NCBI GenBank assembly: GCA_031389685.1
Contig: JANMSV010000112.1
Location: 1 to 46,234, forward strand
Source: Betaproteobacteria bacterium
Lineage (GTDB): Bacteria; Pseudomonadota; Gammaproteobacteria; Burkholderiales; SG8-39
Direction: 5' to 3'
Length of the DNA: 46,234 nucleotides
Below, one piece after another: positions 38,019 to 46,234 of this stretch; the stretch's first letter is position 1; each line of letters starts with the position of its first letter. The translations under genes and the position numbers were made by a program. A model generated the notes under the pieces. It was not told where the DNA came from. It searched no databases and saw only the letters and a program-made list of their open reading frames with translations.

Positions 38019-38367
38019 CGTCGACTCCCATGAAATAGACCTGCCCGGCGTACTCCTCGATTTTCAGGCGCACCAGCGGCGTGCCGCCGCAGGGTCCGCC
38101 CAGGCAGCGGCCGCTGTCGGCGGCGTAGACGGCACCATGCGTCGAGCATATCAAATCGCGTCCCTGCAGATCGAAGAACTCGGCTGCGCGCCAATCCAGT
38201 TCCATCGCCACATGCGCGCAGCGGTTGAGGTAACCGTAAACACGGCCAGCGTAGCGCACCGCAAATGCAGGCGCCGTGTCGCCGAAGTACTCGACTTCGA
38301 AGCGCACGCCCTTGCCCGCGTCCTGCAGCGCGGACGAATCGCAGATCAGGCGTTCGCCGTCAGCCAT
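38011..38367 (-). CDS. Rieske [2Fe-2S] ferredoxin
   Basis: NRCAH...CSTHGA motifs. Confidence 0.92.
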   Translation of the reverse strand: MADGERLICDSSALQDAGKGVRFEVEYFGDTAPAFAVRYAGRVYGYLNRCAHVAMELDWRAAEFFDLQGRDLICSTHGAVYAADSGRCLGGPCGGTPLVRLKIEEYAGQVYFMGVDDG

Positions 38368-38996
38368 TCGCGCAGCTCAATGACGCTTGCGACGCAGGCG
38401 CGCGGCGCAAGGGCGCTCAGCGAGGCGCCCGGATGCGCTCCATAGGAAACCGCCACCGCGTCCACGCCCGCGCTTCGAGCCATTTCCAGATCATGCGAGG
38501 TATCGCCGATCATCAGCGCCTGCCCGGGCGTGGCCGCCAGCTGCTGCATCAACTCGAGCAGCATGGCCGGGTGCGGCTTCGGGTTGGTCTCGTCGGCGCA
38601 GCGCGACGCGGCAAAGTACCTGCGCAGCGCGTTGGATTCGAGCGCATGGTCGAGACCGCGGCGGCTCTTGCCAGTCGCCACCGCAAGGCAGTGGCCTGCG
38701 GCATGCAGGTCCTGCAGCAGCTCGCGAATCCCGGGAAACAGCCCCATCGAGCCCTGCCGAACCAGGAAGTGCCTGCGGTAGGCCTCGGCAAACTCCCGGT
38801 ACTTCTCCTCCGGCAGGCTCGGCACCGCCGTGCGCAGCGAATCCTGCAGACCCAGGCCGATGACGTGGCGGGCGGTCTCGCGCGCGGGCACCGGGAGCCG
38901 CAAGTCGCGCGCCGCTTCCTGGATCGACTCGACGATGCCCGCCGCCGAGTCGAGCAGCGTCCCGTCCCAGTCAAAGACGATCAGGCTGTAGCGCAA
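38346..38996 (-). CDS. HAD-IA family hydrolase (phosphoglycolate phosphatase-like)
   Basis: FDWDGTL, ATGK, KPHP, MIGD; start TTG 38996 or ATG 39011. Confidence 0.9.
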   Translation of the reverse strand: MRYSLIVFDWDGTLLDSAAGIVESIQEAARDLRLPVPARETARHVIGLGLQDSLRTAVPSLPEEKYREFAEAYRRHFLVRQGSMGLFPGIRELLQDLHAAGHCLAVATGKSRRGLDHALESNALRRYFAASRCADETNPKPHPAMLLELMQQLAATPGQALMIGDTSHDLEMARSAGVDAVAVSYGAHPGASLSALAPRACVASVIELREWLTANA

Positions 38997-39921
38997 GGCG
39001 CGCCTCCGCAAAGCGGCGCATATCGGGCGGCAGGGGCGCGTCGAACCTGAGGGCCACGCCCGTCAGCGGGTGGGCCAGCGACAGGCGGCGCGCGTGCAGC
39101 AGCAAGCGCTTCACCCCCTGCCGCGCCAGCGCATGGTTGAGCGCGAAATCGCCGTATTTGTCGTCTCCCAGGACCGGATGGCCCGCGTGCGCCAGATGGA
39201 CCCGGATCTGGTGCGTTCGTCCGGTCAGCAGCTGCAGTTCCAGCAGGCTGCAGTCGTCCGCCACCGCGACCGGTTTCACCCGGGTCACTGCCGTCTGCCC
39301 TTCACCGTGCACCGCGACGCGGCGCTCGCCCGCGGCGGTGACGAACTTGTGCAACCGATCGCTCAATTCGCGCTCCCCGCCCCTCCATCGGCCCTGCACC
39401 AGCGCGGCATAGATCTTTTCCACTTCACCCTCGCGCAGCATGCGGTGCAGTTCGACCAGCGCACTGCGCTTCTTGGCGATGATCAGCAGCCCGGAGGTGT
39501 CGCGGTCGAGGCGATGCGCGAGTTCCAGGGATTTTGCCGCAGGCCGCTCCGCGCGCAGCGACTCGATCACCCCGTAGCTCACGCCGCTGCCCCCATGGAC
39601 TGCAACGCCGGAGGGCTTGTCGAGCACCAGCAGCGCGGCGTCTTCGTACACGATGGGCAGATCGAGCGGACGTGGCGCGGGCTTCGCCGCGGGGGTGGCG
39701 ACCCGCACGGGCGGGACCCTGACCCGGTCGCCAGGCTGCAGGCGGTAATCCGGCTTGATCCGGCCGCTGTTGACCCTGACCTCCCCGCTGCGCAGCACCC
39801 GGTAGACGTGGCTCTTCGGCACCCCTTTGAGGCGGCGCAGAAGGAAATTGTCGATGCGCTGCCCGGCGCTCTCCTCCCCAACTTCGAGTAGGGTCGCGCG
39901 AGCCTTGCTTAAGTCATTCAT
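38971..39921 (-). CDS. rluC: 23S rRNA pseudouridine synthase C
   Basis: S4 domain QRIDNFL, HRLDRDTSG, TGRTHQIRVH; divergent from rne. Confidence 0.94.
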   Translation of the reverse strand: MNDLSKARATLLEVGEESAGQRIDNFLLRRLKGVPKSHVYRVLRSGEVRVNSGRIKPDYRLQPGDRVRVPPVRVATPAAKPAPRPLDLPIVYEDAALLVLDKPSGVAVHGGSGVSYGVIESLRAERPAAKSLELAHRLDRDTSGLLIIAKKRSALVELHRMLREGEVEKIYAALVQGRWRGGERELSDRLHKFVTAAGERRVAVHGEGQTAVTRVKPVAVADDCSLLELQLLTGRTHQIRVHLAHAGHPVLGDDKYGDFALNHALARQGVKRLLLHARRLSLAHPLTGVALRFDAPLPPDMRRFAEARLALQPDRL

Positions 39922-40167
39922 TTTTCGTATTATCTGCGCGTTGCTTCGAGATGCGAGGCACAGGTTCGAAGGGCGTGGCGTAGCTTCAATTCGCCGCCGG
40001 AACCTGCAACCCGCCTCCTGTTTGGCCACAGCCGGACCTGAAGCAGTGGTGATGTTCGCTCACCCTAAGTAGCGATACTACCCAATAGCGCGCGGCAGGA
40101 TTTATCCCCGCCCCTTCGCAATCGGTTTCCAGCCCCAAAGGAGAGCGCTGACCGACGGAACGCCGGG

Positions 40168-40187
40168 TCTCCTGCGCGCGCAGGAGA
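40168..40187 (+). promoter_or_regulatory. Perfect inverted repeat covering the rne Shine-Dalgarno
   Basis: TCTCCTGCGC|GCGCAGGAGA; AGGAGA ends 7 nt before the GTG start. Confidence 0.55.
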
Positions 40188-40194
40188 ACAATAA

Positions 40195-42915
40195 GTGAAA
40201 CGCATGTTGTTTAACGCGACCCAGCAGGAAGAGCTGCGAGTCGCCATAGTAGAAGGCCAGAAGCTGGTTGACCTCGACATCGAATCCGCATCCAGGGAGC
40301 AACGCAAGAGCAACATCTACAAAGGCATTATCACCCGCGTCGAGCCCAGCCTCGAGGCCGCCTTCGTCGATTACGGCGAGGAACGGCACGGGTTCCTGCC
40401 TTTCAAGGAGGTCGACAAGATCTTTTTCAAGCCCGGCGTGGACGTCGGCCGGGCGCGCATCCAGGATGCGCTTACCGAGGGCCAGGACCTGATCGTTCAG
40501 GTCGAGAAGGACGAGCGCGGCACCAAAGGCGCGGCCCTCACCACCTATATCAGCCTCGCGGGACGGTACCTCGTCCTGATGCCGAACAATCCTCGGGGCG
40601 GCGGCGTATCGCGTCGTATCGAGGGCGAGGACCGCAACGAGCTGCGCGACACCCTGGACAGCCTGCAGCTTCCCGAGGGCATGAGCGTGATCGCGCGCAC
40701 CGCGGCGATTGGCCGTGCGCCCGAGGAACTTCAGTGGGACCTCAACTACCTGCTGCAGCTGTGGAGCGCGGTGGATGGCGCTGGCAAGACCCAGGACAGG
40801 AAGCCGTTCCTGATCTACCTCGAATCCAGCCTGGTGATCCGCGCCATTCGCGACTATTTTCAGCCCGACATCGGCGAGATCCTGATCGACACCGAGGAAA
40901 TCTACGAGCAGGCGCTCGCCTTCATGCAGACCGTGATGCCGGCCAACGTCGGCAAGGTCAAGCTGTACCGCGACGACGTGCCCCTGTTCTCGCGCTTCCA
41001 GATCGAACACCAGATCGAGAGCGCGTACTCGCGCCACGTGAGCCTGCCTTCGGGCGGCGCGATCGTGATCGACCATACCGAGGCGCTGGTGGCGGTGGAC
41101 GTCAACTCGGCGCGCGCGACCAAGGGCAGCGACATCGAGGAAACCGCGACGCGCACCAACCTCGAGGCGGCGGACGAAGTCGCCCGGCAGTTGCGCCTGC
41201 GCGACCTGGGCGGCCTGATCGTGGTCGACTTCATCGACATGGAATCGCTGAAGAACCAGCGCGAGGTGGAGAACCGGTTCCGCGATGCGCTGCGCTATGA
41301 CCGCGCACGCGTGCAGGTCAGCAAGATTTCGCGCTTCGGGCTGCTGGAGCTGTCGCGCCAGCGGCTGCAGGCCTCGCTGGAGGAGACCGCGCACATCAGC
41401 TGCCCGCGTTGCAGCGGCACCGGGTTCATCCGCGGCACCGAGTCCACCGCGCTGCACGTGCTGCGCATCCTGCAGGAAGAAGCCATGAAGGAGAACACCG
41501 GCGCGGTGCATGTGCAGGTGCCGGTCGACGTGGCGAGCTTCCTGCTCAACGAGAAGCGCGCCGAGATCCAGAAGCTCGAAGCGCGCCTCAAGGTCAACAT
41601 CATCCTGGTGCCGAACCCGCACCTGGAGACGCCGCACTACAAGATCCAGCGCCTGCGCCATGACGAACTCAACGCCATGGAACACGTGCCGGCAAGCTAC
41701 GAGATGGTCGAGCAGCCGGAGGAACCCAAGCCGGAAGACGCAGCCGGCGAAGCCAAGAAGGAGCGGCCCGAAGCCGCGGTGAAAGGCATCGTGCCCGATC
41801 AGCCGGCACCCAACGTGCCCGAGCGGCTGCCGCAGGCGGCGTCTCAGGCATCCGCGCGCGCAGCGCCCCGCCCCGCTGCGGCGCGGCCGGAGGCTGCGTC
41901 CCGGTCAGGCTTCATGGGCCGGATTCTCGGCTGGTTCAAGGCGGACAAGCAGGAAGCCCCAGTGGCGCGTGCGGCCGCCGACACCGCGCGTCCGGCGCGC
42001 GAGCCGCGACGCGACTATCAGTCCCGCGAGCGCCGACCTGATCAGCGCCATGGCGGTGGCGAACGCCGCGACCATCGGCGCGAGCGTCCCCGGGATGAGC
42101 ACCGTGGCGAGCAGCGCCGCCCGCAGCAAGGCGGCGAGCGGCGACCCGATCAGCGCCACGGCGGACAGCCACAGCGCGACGGGCGCCCTCAAGGTGGCGA
42201 GCGCCGCCCGGACCAGCAGCGCCCGCAGCACCAGCAGCGACCGCCCCAGCAGCAACAGGCCCAGCAGCAACAGCCCCAGCAGCAACAGCCGCAGCAGGGA
42301 CCGCGACCTGCAGGCGATCCGGTCCAAGCCGGGGAGCGCGAAGGTGGCGAACAGCGCCGCGGCCGGCGCGGCCGCCAGCGCGAGCGGCGGCCAGACCAGT
42401 CGCGCGATCCGCTTGCCCCGTCGTCGGGCAACGAGAACGGACGCGCGGAGCAGCCTATCCAGGACGCCCAGACCCCCGCTTACCATGCCAGGGAGCCGGA
42501 CGAAAGGGAGCTGCGCGCAATGGAGCGGCAGATGCATGAGGCGCAGGTGCGCGAAGAGGCCCGTGCTCGCGAAGAAACGGTGCATCAGGTGCCTGTGCGC
42601 GAGGAACCCGCACACCGAGAACCGCTTAGAACGGAGCCGGTGCAGCAACAGCCTGCGCGAGTAGAGCCGGTGCACCACGAACCCGTACGCGCCGAGCCGA
42701 CGCCCCAGTCCCGGGCGCCATTGGAACCTCAGCAGCCGCGCGTTAACACCCGCGATTTGCTGGAGAGCGCCGGTCTGCAAATGGTCGAAACGCGACCCGA
42801 CCGATCGCAAGCGCCGGCCACCGAGCCCGAAGCGGTGCCGCTCGGCCGGCCGCGCCGCGAGCGTGCGCGTCCGTCTGCCGAGGAGAAGCTGGAGCAAATC
42901 GAAACCAAGGAGTAG
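40195..42915 (+). CDS. rne: Ribonuclease E
   Basis: [17 protein letters not shown]1 domain, DVNS, DFIDM, CPRCSG Zn-link, amphipathic [11 protein letters not shown], disordered C-terminal half. Confidence 0.98.
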   Translation: MKRMLFNATQQEELRVAIVEGQKLVDLDIESASREQRKSNIYKGIITRVEPSLEAAFVDYGEERHGFLPFKEVDKIFFKPGVDVGRARIQDALTEGQDLIVQVEKDERGTKGAALTTYISLAGRYLVLMPNNPRGGGVSRRIEGEDRNELRDTLDSLQLPEGMSVIARTAAIGRAPEELQWDLNYLLQLWSAVDGAGKTQDRKPFLIYLESSLVIRAIRDYFQPDIGEILIDTEEIYEQALAFMQTVMPANVGKVKLYRDDVPLFSRFQIEHQIESAYSRHVSLPSGGAIVIDHTEALVAVDVNSARATKGSDIEETATRTNLEAADEVARQLRLRDLGGLIVVDFIDMESLKNQREVENRFRDALRYDRARVQVSKISRFGLLELSRQRLQASLEETAHISCPRCSGTGFIRGTESTALHVLRILQEEAMKENTGAVHVQVPVDVASFLLNEKRAEIQKLEARLKVNIILVPNPHLETPHYKIQRLRHDELNAMEHVPASYEMVEQPEEPKPEDAAGEAKKERPEAAVKGIVPDQPAPNVPERLPQAASQASARAAPRPAAARPEAASRSGFMGRILGWFKADKQEAPVARAAADTARPAREPRRDYQSRERRPDQRHGGGERRDHRRERPRDEHRGEQRRPQQGGERRPDQRHGGQPQRDGRPQGGERRPDQQRPQHQQRPPQQQQAQQQQPQQQQPQQGPRPAGDPVQAGEREGGEQRRGRRGRQRERRPDQSRDPLAPSSGNENGRAEQPIQDAQTPAYHAREPDERELRAMERQMHEAQVREEARAREETVHQVPVREEPAHREPLRTEPVQQQPARVEPVHHEPVRAEPTPQSRAPLEPQQPRVNTRDLLESAGLQMVETRPDRSQAPATEPEAVPLGRPRRERARPSAEEKLEQIETKE

Positions 42916-42924
42916 CGCTCGAAC

Positions 42925-42949
42925 ACCCGCCGGGGCGCACCCGGCGGGT
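42925..42949 (+). terminator. Hairpin after rne (terminator-like, weak U-tract)
   Basis: ACCCGCCGGG-GCGCA-CCCGGCGGGT 10-bp stem, 9 nt after the stop codon. Confidence 0.55.
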
Positions 42950-43059
42950 TGCCATGCTTGTTCCAGGCCGCGTTCCGGCGCGCGCATGCACTCCCCCCGC
43001 GTCAGAGTTTGCTGCGGTCCATCACGCGCTGATGCCGGCCGTGCCTCGCGTTTCACACT

Positions 43060-43102
43060 TGTGCGCCAGCACACAGACGGTGCCCGCATCGAACCGTAGA
43101 TT
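43060..43102 (+). promoter_or_regulatory. Crp/Fnr-like box (TGTGC-N6-ACACA) plus -10 (TAGATT) upstream of sod
   Basis: 16-bp box 43060-43075, 21-nt gap, TAGATT 43097-43102. Confidence 0.55.
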
Positions 43103-43115
43103 GAATCCCACCAAT

Positions 43116-43805
43116 ATGGACGATCTGGAAACTGTCCAATCGAGGCATGTGCTGCCGGCTTTGCCCTATTCGCCTGCGTCGCTGGAGCCGCACATCGACG
43201 CGCGCACCATGATGCTGCATCACGACAAGCATCACGCGTCGTACGTGGAGAACCTGAATTCAGCACTCGGCAATTATCCGGAACTGCGCGAACGCACGGC
43301 GCTCTGGCTGTTGCTCAATCCGAGCCGGATTCCGGAAGCAGCGCGAACTGCTGTGTGCAACAACGCGGGTGGACACGTAAACCACAGCATGCTGTGGCGG
43401 GCCATGTCTCCAGGCGGAGGTGGTGAACCCGCCGGCGCCCTTGCCGAGGCGATCAAACGCGATTTCGGTGGATTCGAGCAATTCAAGACCCGGTTCGCCG
43501 AAGCGGGAAGCAAGGTGTTCGGCTCCGGATGGGTCTGGCTCGCGCGCGTCCAGAACGACGGCGGGAAACTGCAGGTGACCACCACCCCCGGTCACGACAA
43601 TCCGCTGATGCAAGGGCACTTTCCGGTGCTGCTCAACGATGTCTGGGAGCATGCCTATTACCTGAAGTATGAGAATCGGCGCGCCGACTATCTGAAGAAC
43701 TGGTGGTCGGTGGTGAACTGGCCCGAGGCGGCCCGGCGGTTCGAAAGTTCCGAGCTATCCGCCGAGCGGCGCTGGGAAGGCGAAGGCGGGTTGGTCCTCC
43801 GCTAA
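43116..43805 (+). CDS. Fe/Mn superoxide dismutase
   Basis: LPALPY, LHHDKHH, NNAGGHVNHSMLW, FGSGWVWL, DVWEHAYY; start ATG 43116 inferred. Confidence 0.94.
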   Translation: MDDLETVQSRHVLPALPYSPASLEPHIDARTMMLHHDKHHASYVENLNSALGNYPELRERTALWLLLNPSRIPEAARTAVCNNAGGHVNHSMLWRAMSPGGGGEPAGALAEAIKRDFGGFEQFKTRFAEAGSKVFGSGWVWLARVQNDGGKLQVTTTPGHDNPLMQGHFPVLLNDVWEHAYYLKYENRRADYLKNWWSVVNWPEAARRFESSELSAERRWEGEGGLVLR

Positions 43806-43814
43806 GCCGACCTG

Positions 43815-43857
43815 TGCGCGCCAGCGCACATACGTCCGTCGCAAAGATCGTTATCCT
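43815..43857 (+). promoter_or_regulatory. Crp/Fnr-like box (TGCGC-N6-GCACA) plus -10 (TATCCT) upstream of the hybrid kinase
   Basis: 16-bp box 43815-43830, 21-nt gap, TATCCT 43852-43857. Confidence 0.55.
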
Positions 43858-43978
43858 CCACAGCCGCCTTGGTAGAGGCGCGGCCTTTTTCTGCTGGGCG
43901 AGGCCGCCATCTTCTGTTGCCGGCCCGACTGGCGCAGTTCCCCCGCCGATCGTTGTACGTTTTTCGTGGAGGTCGGCC

Positions 43979-45688
43979 ATGTCCGAAACAGAAGGCGGTT
44001 TCACCCTTGCCGACGCTGCCGGCAAGGGTGATGGCGCCAGCGAAGTGCGGCGCCAGGAAGCGCTGCTTAAAACGGGGGCCTTGCAGACCGCGATCCTCAC
44101 CAGCGCCAATTTCTCGATTATCGCCACCGACGAAAAAGGCATCATCCAGTTATTCAATATCGGCGCCGAGCGCATGCTGGGATACACGGCCGCCGAAGTC
44201 GTGAACAAGATAAGACCGAGCGACATTCATGATCCGCAGGAAGTGGCGGCACGCGCCCAGGCATTGAGCCGCGAGCTCGCAACCCCAATTACGCCGGGAT
44301 TCGAGGCCCTGGCCTACAAAGCGTCGCGCGGGGTCGAGGACATCTATGAATTGACCTATATCCGCAAGGATGGCGGCCGCTTTCCGGCCCTCATCTCGAT
44401 CACGGCGCTGCGCGACGACTATGGCGACGTCATCGGATACCTGTTGATCGGCACCGACAATTCCGTGCGCAAGCAGGTCGAAGTGGAACTGAACCAGGCC
44501 ATGGCCGTTGCGGAAAAAGCCAACCTCGCGAAATCGGATTTCTTGTCCAGCATGAGCCATGAGCTGCGCACGCCGCTCAGTGCGATCCTCGGTTTCGCCC
44601 AGTTGATGGAGTCCGGTTCGCCGCTGCCAACGCCCACCCAGAAGCGAAGCATCGATCAAATTCTCAAGGCGGGGTGGTACCTGCTGGAACTGATCAACGA
44701 AATCCTCGATCTCTCGCTGATCGAATCCGGCAAGCTGCCGCTGTCGCTGGAACCGATATCGCTCACCGAAGTCATGCACGAATGCCACGCCATGATCGAA
44801 CCGCAGGCGCAAAAGCGCGACATCCGCATGAGCTTTCCCCAGTTCGAATGCCCGTACTTTGTCACAGCCGACCGGACCCGGGTGAAGCAGGTTCTCATCA
44901 ACCTTCTTTCCAACGCGGTCAAATACAACAAGGCCGGCGGATCGGTCGTCGTGGACTGCATCGAGAGCACCCCAGGACGCATTCGCATCAGTGTCAAGGA
45001 CACCGGCGAGGGATTGACTCCGGATAAGCTGACGCAGCTTTTCCAGCCGTTCAATCGTCTCGGAAAAGAGGCCGGCATCGAGGAAGGCACCGGCATCGGC
45101 CTGATGGTGAGCAAGCGGCTGGTCGAATTGATGAAGGGCGAAATCGGCGTGCAAAGCACGGTCGGGAAGGGCAGTGTGTTCTGGATCGAACTGAACCTGA
45201 CGGCTGAACCACAACTTGCCGCCGACGCAGCCAAACCCACGGCAGTCGCCCAGGCGCAATTTCAAGCCGGCGTGCAGCTGCGCACTCTGCTCTATGTCGA
45301 GGACAACCCTGCTAATCTGATGCTGGTCGAGGATCTCATCGCGCGCCGTCCCGATATCCGCTTGCTGAGTGCGATGGACGGCAACCGCGGCATCGAGATT
45401 GCGCGCGCCTCCCGGCCGGATGTCATCCTGATGGACATCAATCTGCCTGGCATCAGCGGTATCCAGGCGCTGAAAATCCTGCGCGCAGAACCGGCGACAG
45501 CGCACATCCCGGTGGTCGCGCTCAGTGCCAATGCAATGCCCAACGATATCGCGAAAGGCCTGGCCGCAGGATTCTTCCGTTATCTCACCAAACCGATCAA
45601 AGTCAACGAGTTCATGGATACGCTGGACGAGGCGCTGAAATTTTCGAAAACGCAATCGGCCCGCGCAAATAAAGAGGCACAAGGATGA
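43979..45688 (+). CDS. Cytoplasmic hybrid sensor histidine kinase (PAS-HisKA-HATPase-REC)
   Basis: PAS (FNIGAERMLGY...YIRKDG), MSHELRTPL, NLLSNAVKYN, DTGEG, GTGIGL, REC LMDINLP...TKPI; GGAGG RBS. Confidence 0.92.
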   Translation: MSETEGGFTLADAAGKGDGASEVRRQEALLKTGALQTAILTSANFSIIATDEKGIIQLFNIGAERMLGYTAAEVVNKIRPSDIHDPQEVAARAQALSRELATPITPGFEALAYKASRGVEDIYELTYIRKDGGRFPALISITALRDDYGDVIGYLLIGTDNSVRKQVEVELNQAMAVAEKANLAKSDFLSSMSHELRTPLSAILGFAQLMESGSPLPTPTQKRSIDQILKAGWYLLELINEILDLSLIESGKLPLSLEPISLTEVMHECHAMIEPQAQKRDIRMSFPQFECPYFVTADRTRVKQVLINLLSNAVKYNKAGGSVVVDCIESTPGRIRISVKDTGEGLTPDKLTQLFQPFNRLGKEAGIEEGTGIGLMVSKRLVELMKGEIGVQSTVGKGSVFWIELNLTAEPQLAADAAKPTAVAQAQFQAGVQLRTLLYVEDNPANLMLVEDLIARRPDIRLLSAMDGNRGIEIARASRPDVILMDINLPGISGIQALKILRAEPATAHIPVVALSANAMPNDIAKGLAAGFFRYLTKPIKVNEFMDTLDEALKFSKTQSARANKEAQG

Positions 45689-46234
45689 TGGTCAGTGCGC
45701 CCGACATTCTCAACGCCAGCATCCTGATCGTTGACGATCAGGAGTCGAACGTCAGCCTGCTCGAACAGATGCTGCGCGAAGCCGGCTACACCGGCGTTGC
45801 CTCAACGATGAATCCACAGGAGGTCTGCGCGCTGCATCGCAAGAACCGCTACGACCTGATCCTGCTCGACCTGCAGATGCCCGGTATGGATGGATTCCAG
45901 GTGATGGAAGGCCTCAAGACAAACCCTGCGGACGGCTACCTTCCGGTCCTGGTGATCACCGCCCAGCCTGGCCACAAGTTGCGCGCGTTGCAGGCCGGCG
46001 CAAAGGATTTCATCAGCAAGCCCTTCGATCTGGTCGAAGTCAAGGCGCGCGTCCACAATCTTCTGGAGGTGCGGCTGCTGTACAGGAAACTCGAGCACTA
46101 CAGCAGGGAACTGGAGCAGACGGTGCAGGAGCGGACCGCCGAACTGCGCGAAAGCGAAGCCCGCTACCGCAGCCTGACCGAACTGGCCTCCGACTGGTAC
46201 TGGGAGCAGGACGAGAACGGCAATTTCAGCAAGA
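45685..46234 (+). CDS. Response regulator (REC + coiled coil + start of a PAS domain), truncated by the window end
   Basis: Not in the ORF track; manual translation MMVSAPDILNASILIVDDQ...LLDLQMP...ISKPFD...ELRESEARYRSLTELASDWYWEQDENG; ATGA overlap with the kinase stop. Confidence 0.88.
   Translation, partial: MMVSAPDILNASILIVDDQESNVSLLEQMLREAGYTGVASTMNPQEVCALHRKNRYDLILLDLQMPGMDGFQVMEGLKTNPADGYLPVLVITAQPGHKLRALQAGAKDFISKPFDLVEVKARVHNLLEVRLLYRKLEHYSRELEQTVQERTAELRESEARYRSLTELASDWYWEQDENGNFSK

Noticed and set aside
42240-42297. CAG-rich tandem repeats as a possible CRISPR or contingency locus
   Set aside because: In-frame Gln/Pro codons within rne; no repeat-spacer structure and no cas genes.
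43862-43891. Possible terminator between sod and the kinase
   Set aside because: The stem is imperfect and lies downstream of the predicted kinase promoter; it could be an attenuator, but support is too weak.
24050-45682. Long antisense or alternate-frame ORFs (e.g. 24050..25666, 40102..41685, 41905..43266, 44150..45682)
   Set aside because: Shadows of well-supported genes in high-GC DNA, with no recognisable motifs.

Overview
High-GC chromosomal segment with gene order typical of Betaproteobacteria (inferred from synteny, no database search). Most of it is core genome: ygfZ/mltG-tmk-holB; tRNA-Gly/Cys/Leu-pgsA-uvrC; efp; a long minus-strand run (yceD-rpmF-plsX-fabH-fabD-fabG-acpP-fabF-ygfX-rpoE-rseA-rseB-degP-grx-lepA-lepB-DUF4845-rnc-era-recO-pdxJ-acpS-nagZ); and maf, sppA, rluC, rne. 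Non-routine elements: (1) a six-gene candidate trans-envelope partner-switching module with no sigma factor (STAS, MBL hydrolase, CHASE2-PP2C phosphatase, OmpA-like protein, stand-alone secreted FecR domain, RsbW-like kinase; 9.7-14.6 kb); (2) an EF-P with an Arg-tipped HVGGRGG loop and no adjacent earP; (3) mtnA coupled to a class II aldolase-SDR fusion; (4) a dif-like site at 7874-7901 with a perfect XerD arm and a damaged XerC arm, towards which genes and KOPS motifs mostly point; (5) two TGTGC-N6-GCACA Crp/Fnr-like boxes at identical class II spacing upstream of sod and a hybrid kinase/response regulator pair. No CRISPR array, transposase or integrase was seen. Many start coordinates were re-chosen by hand relative to the ORF track.
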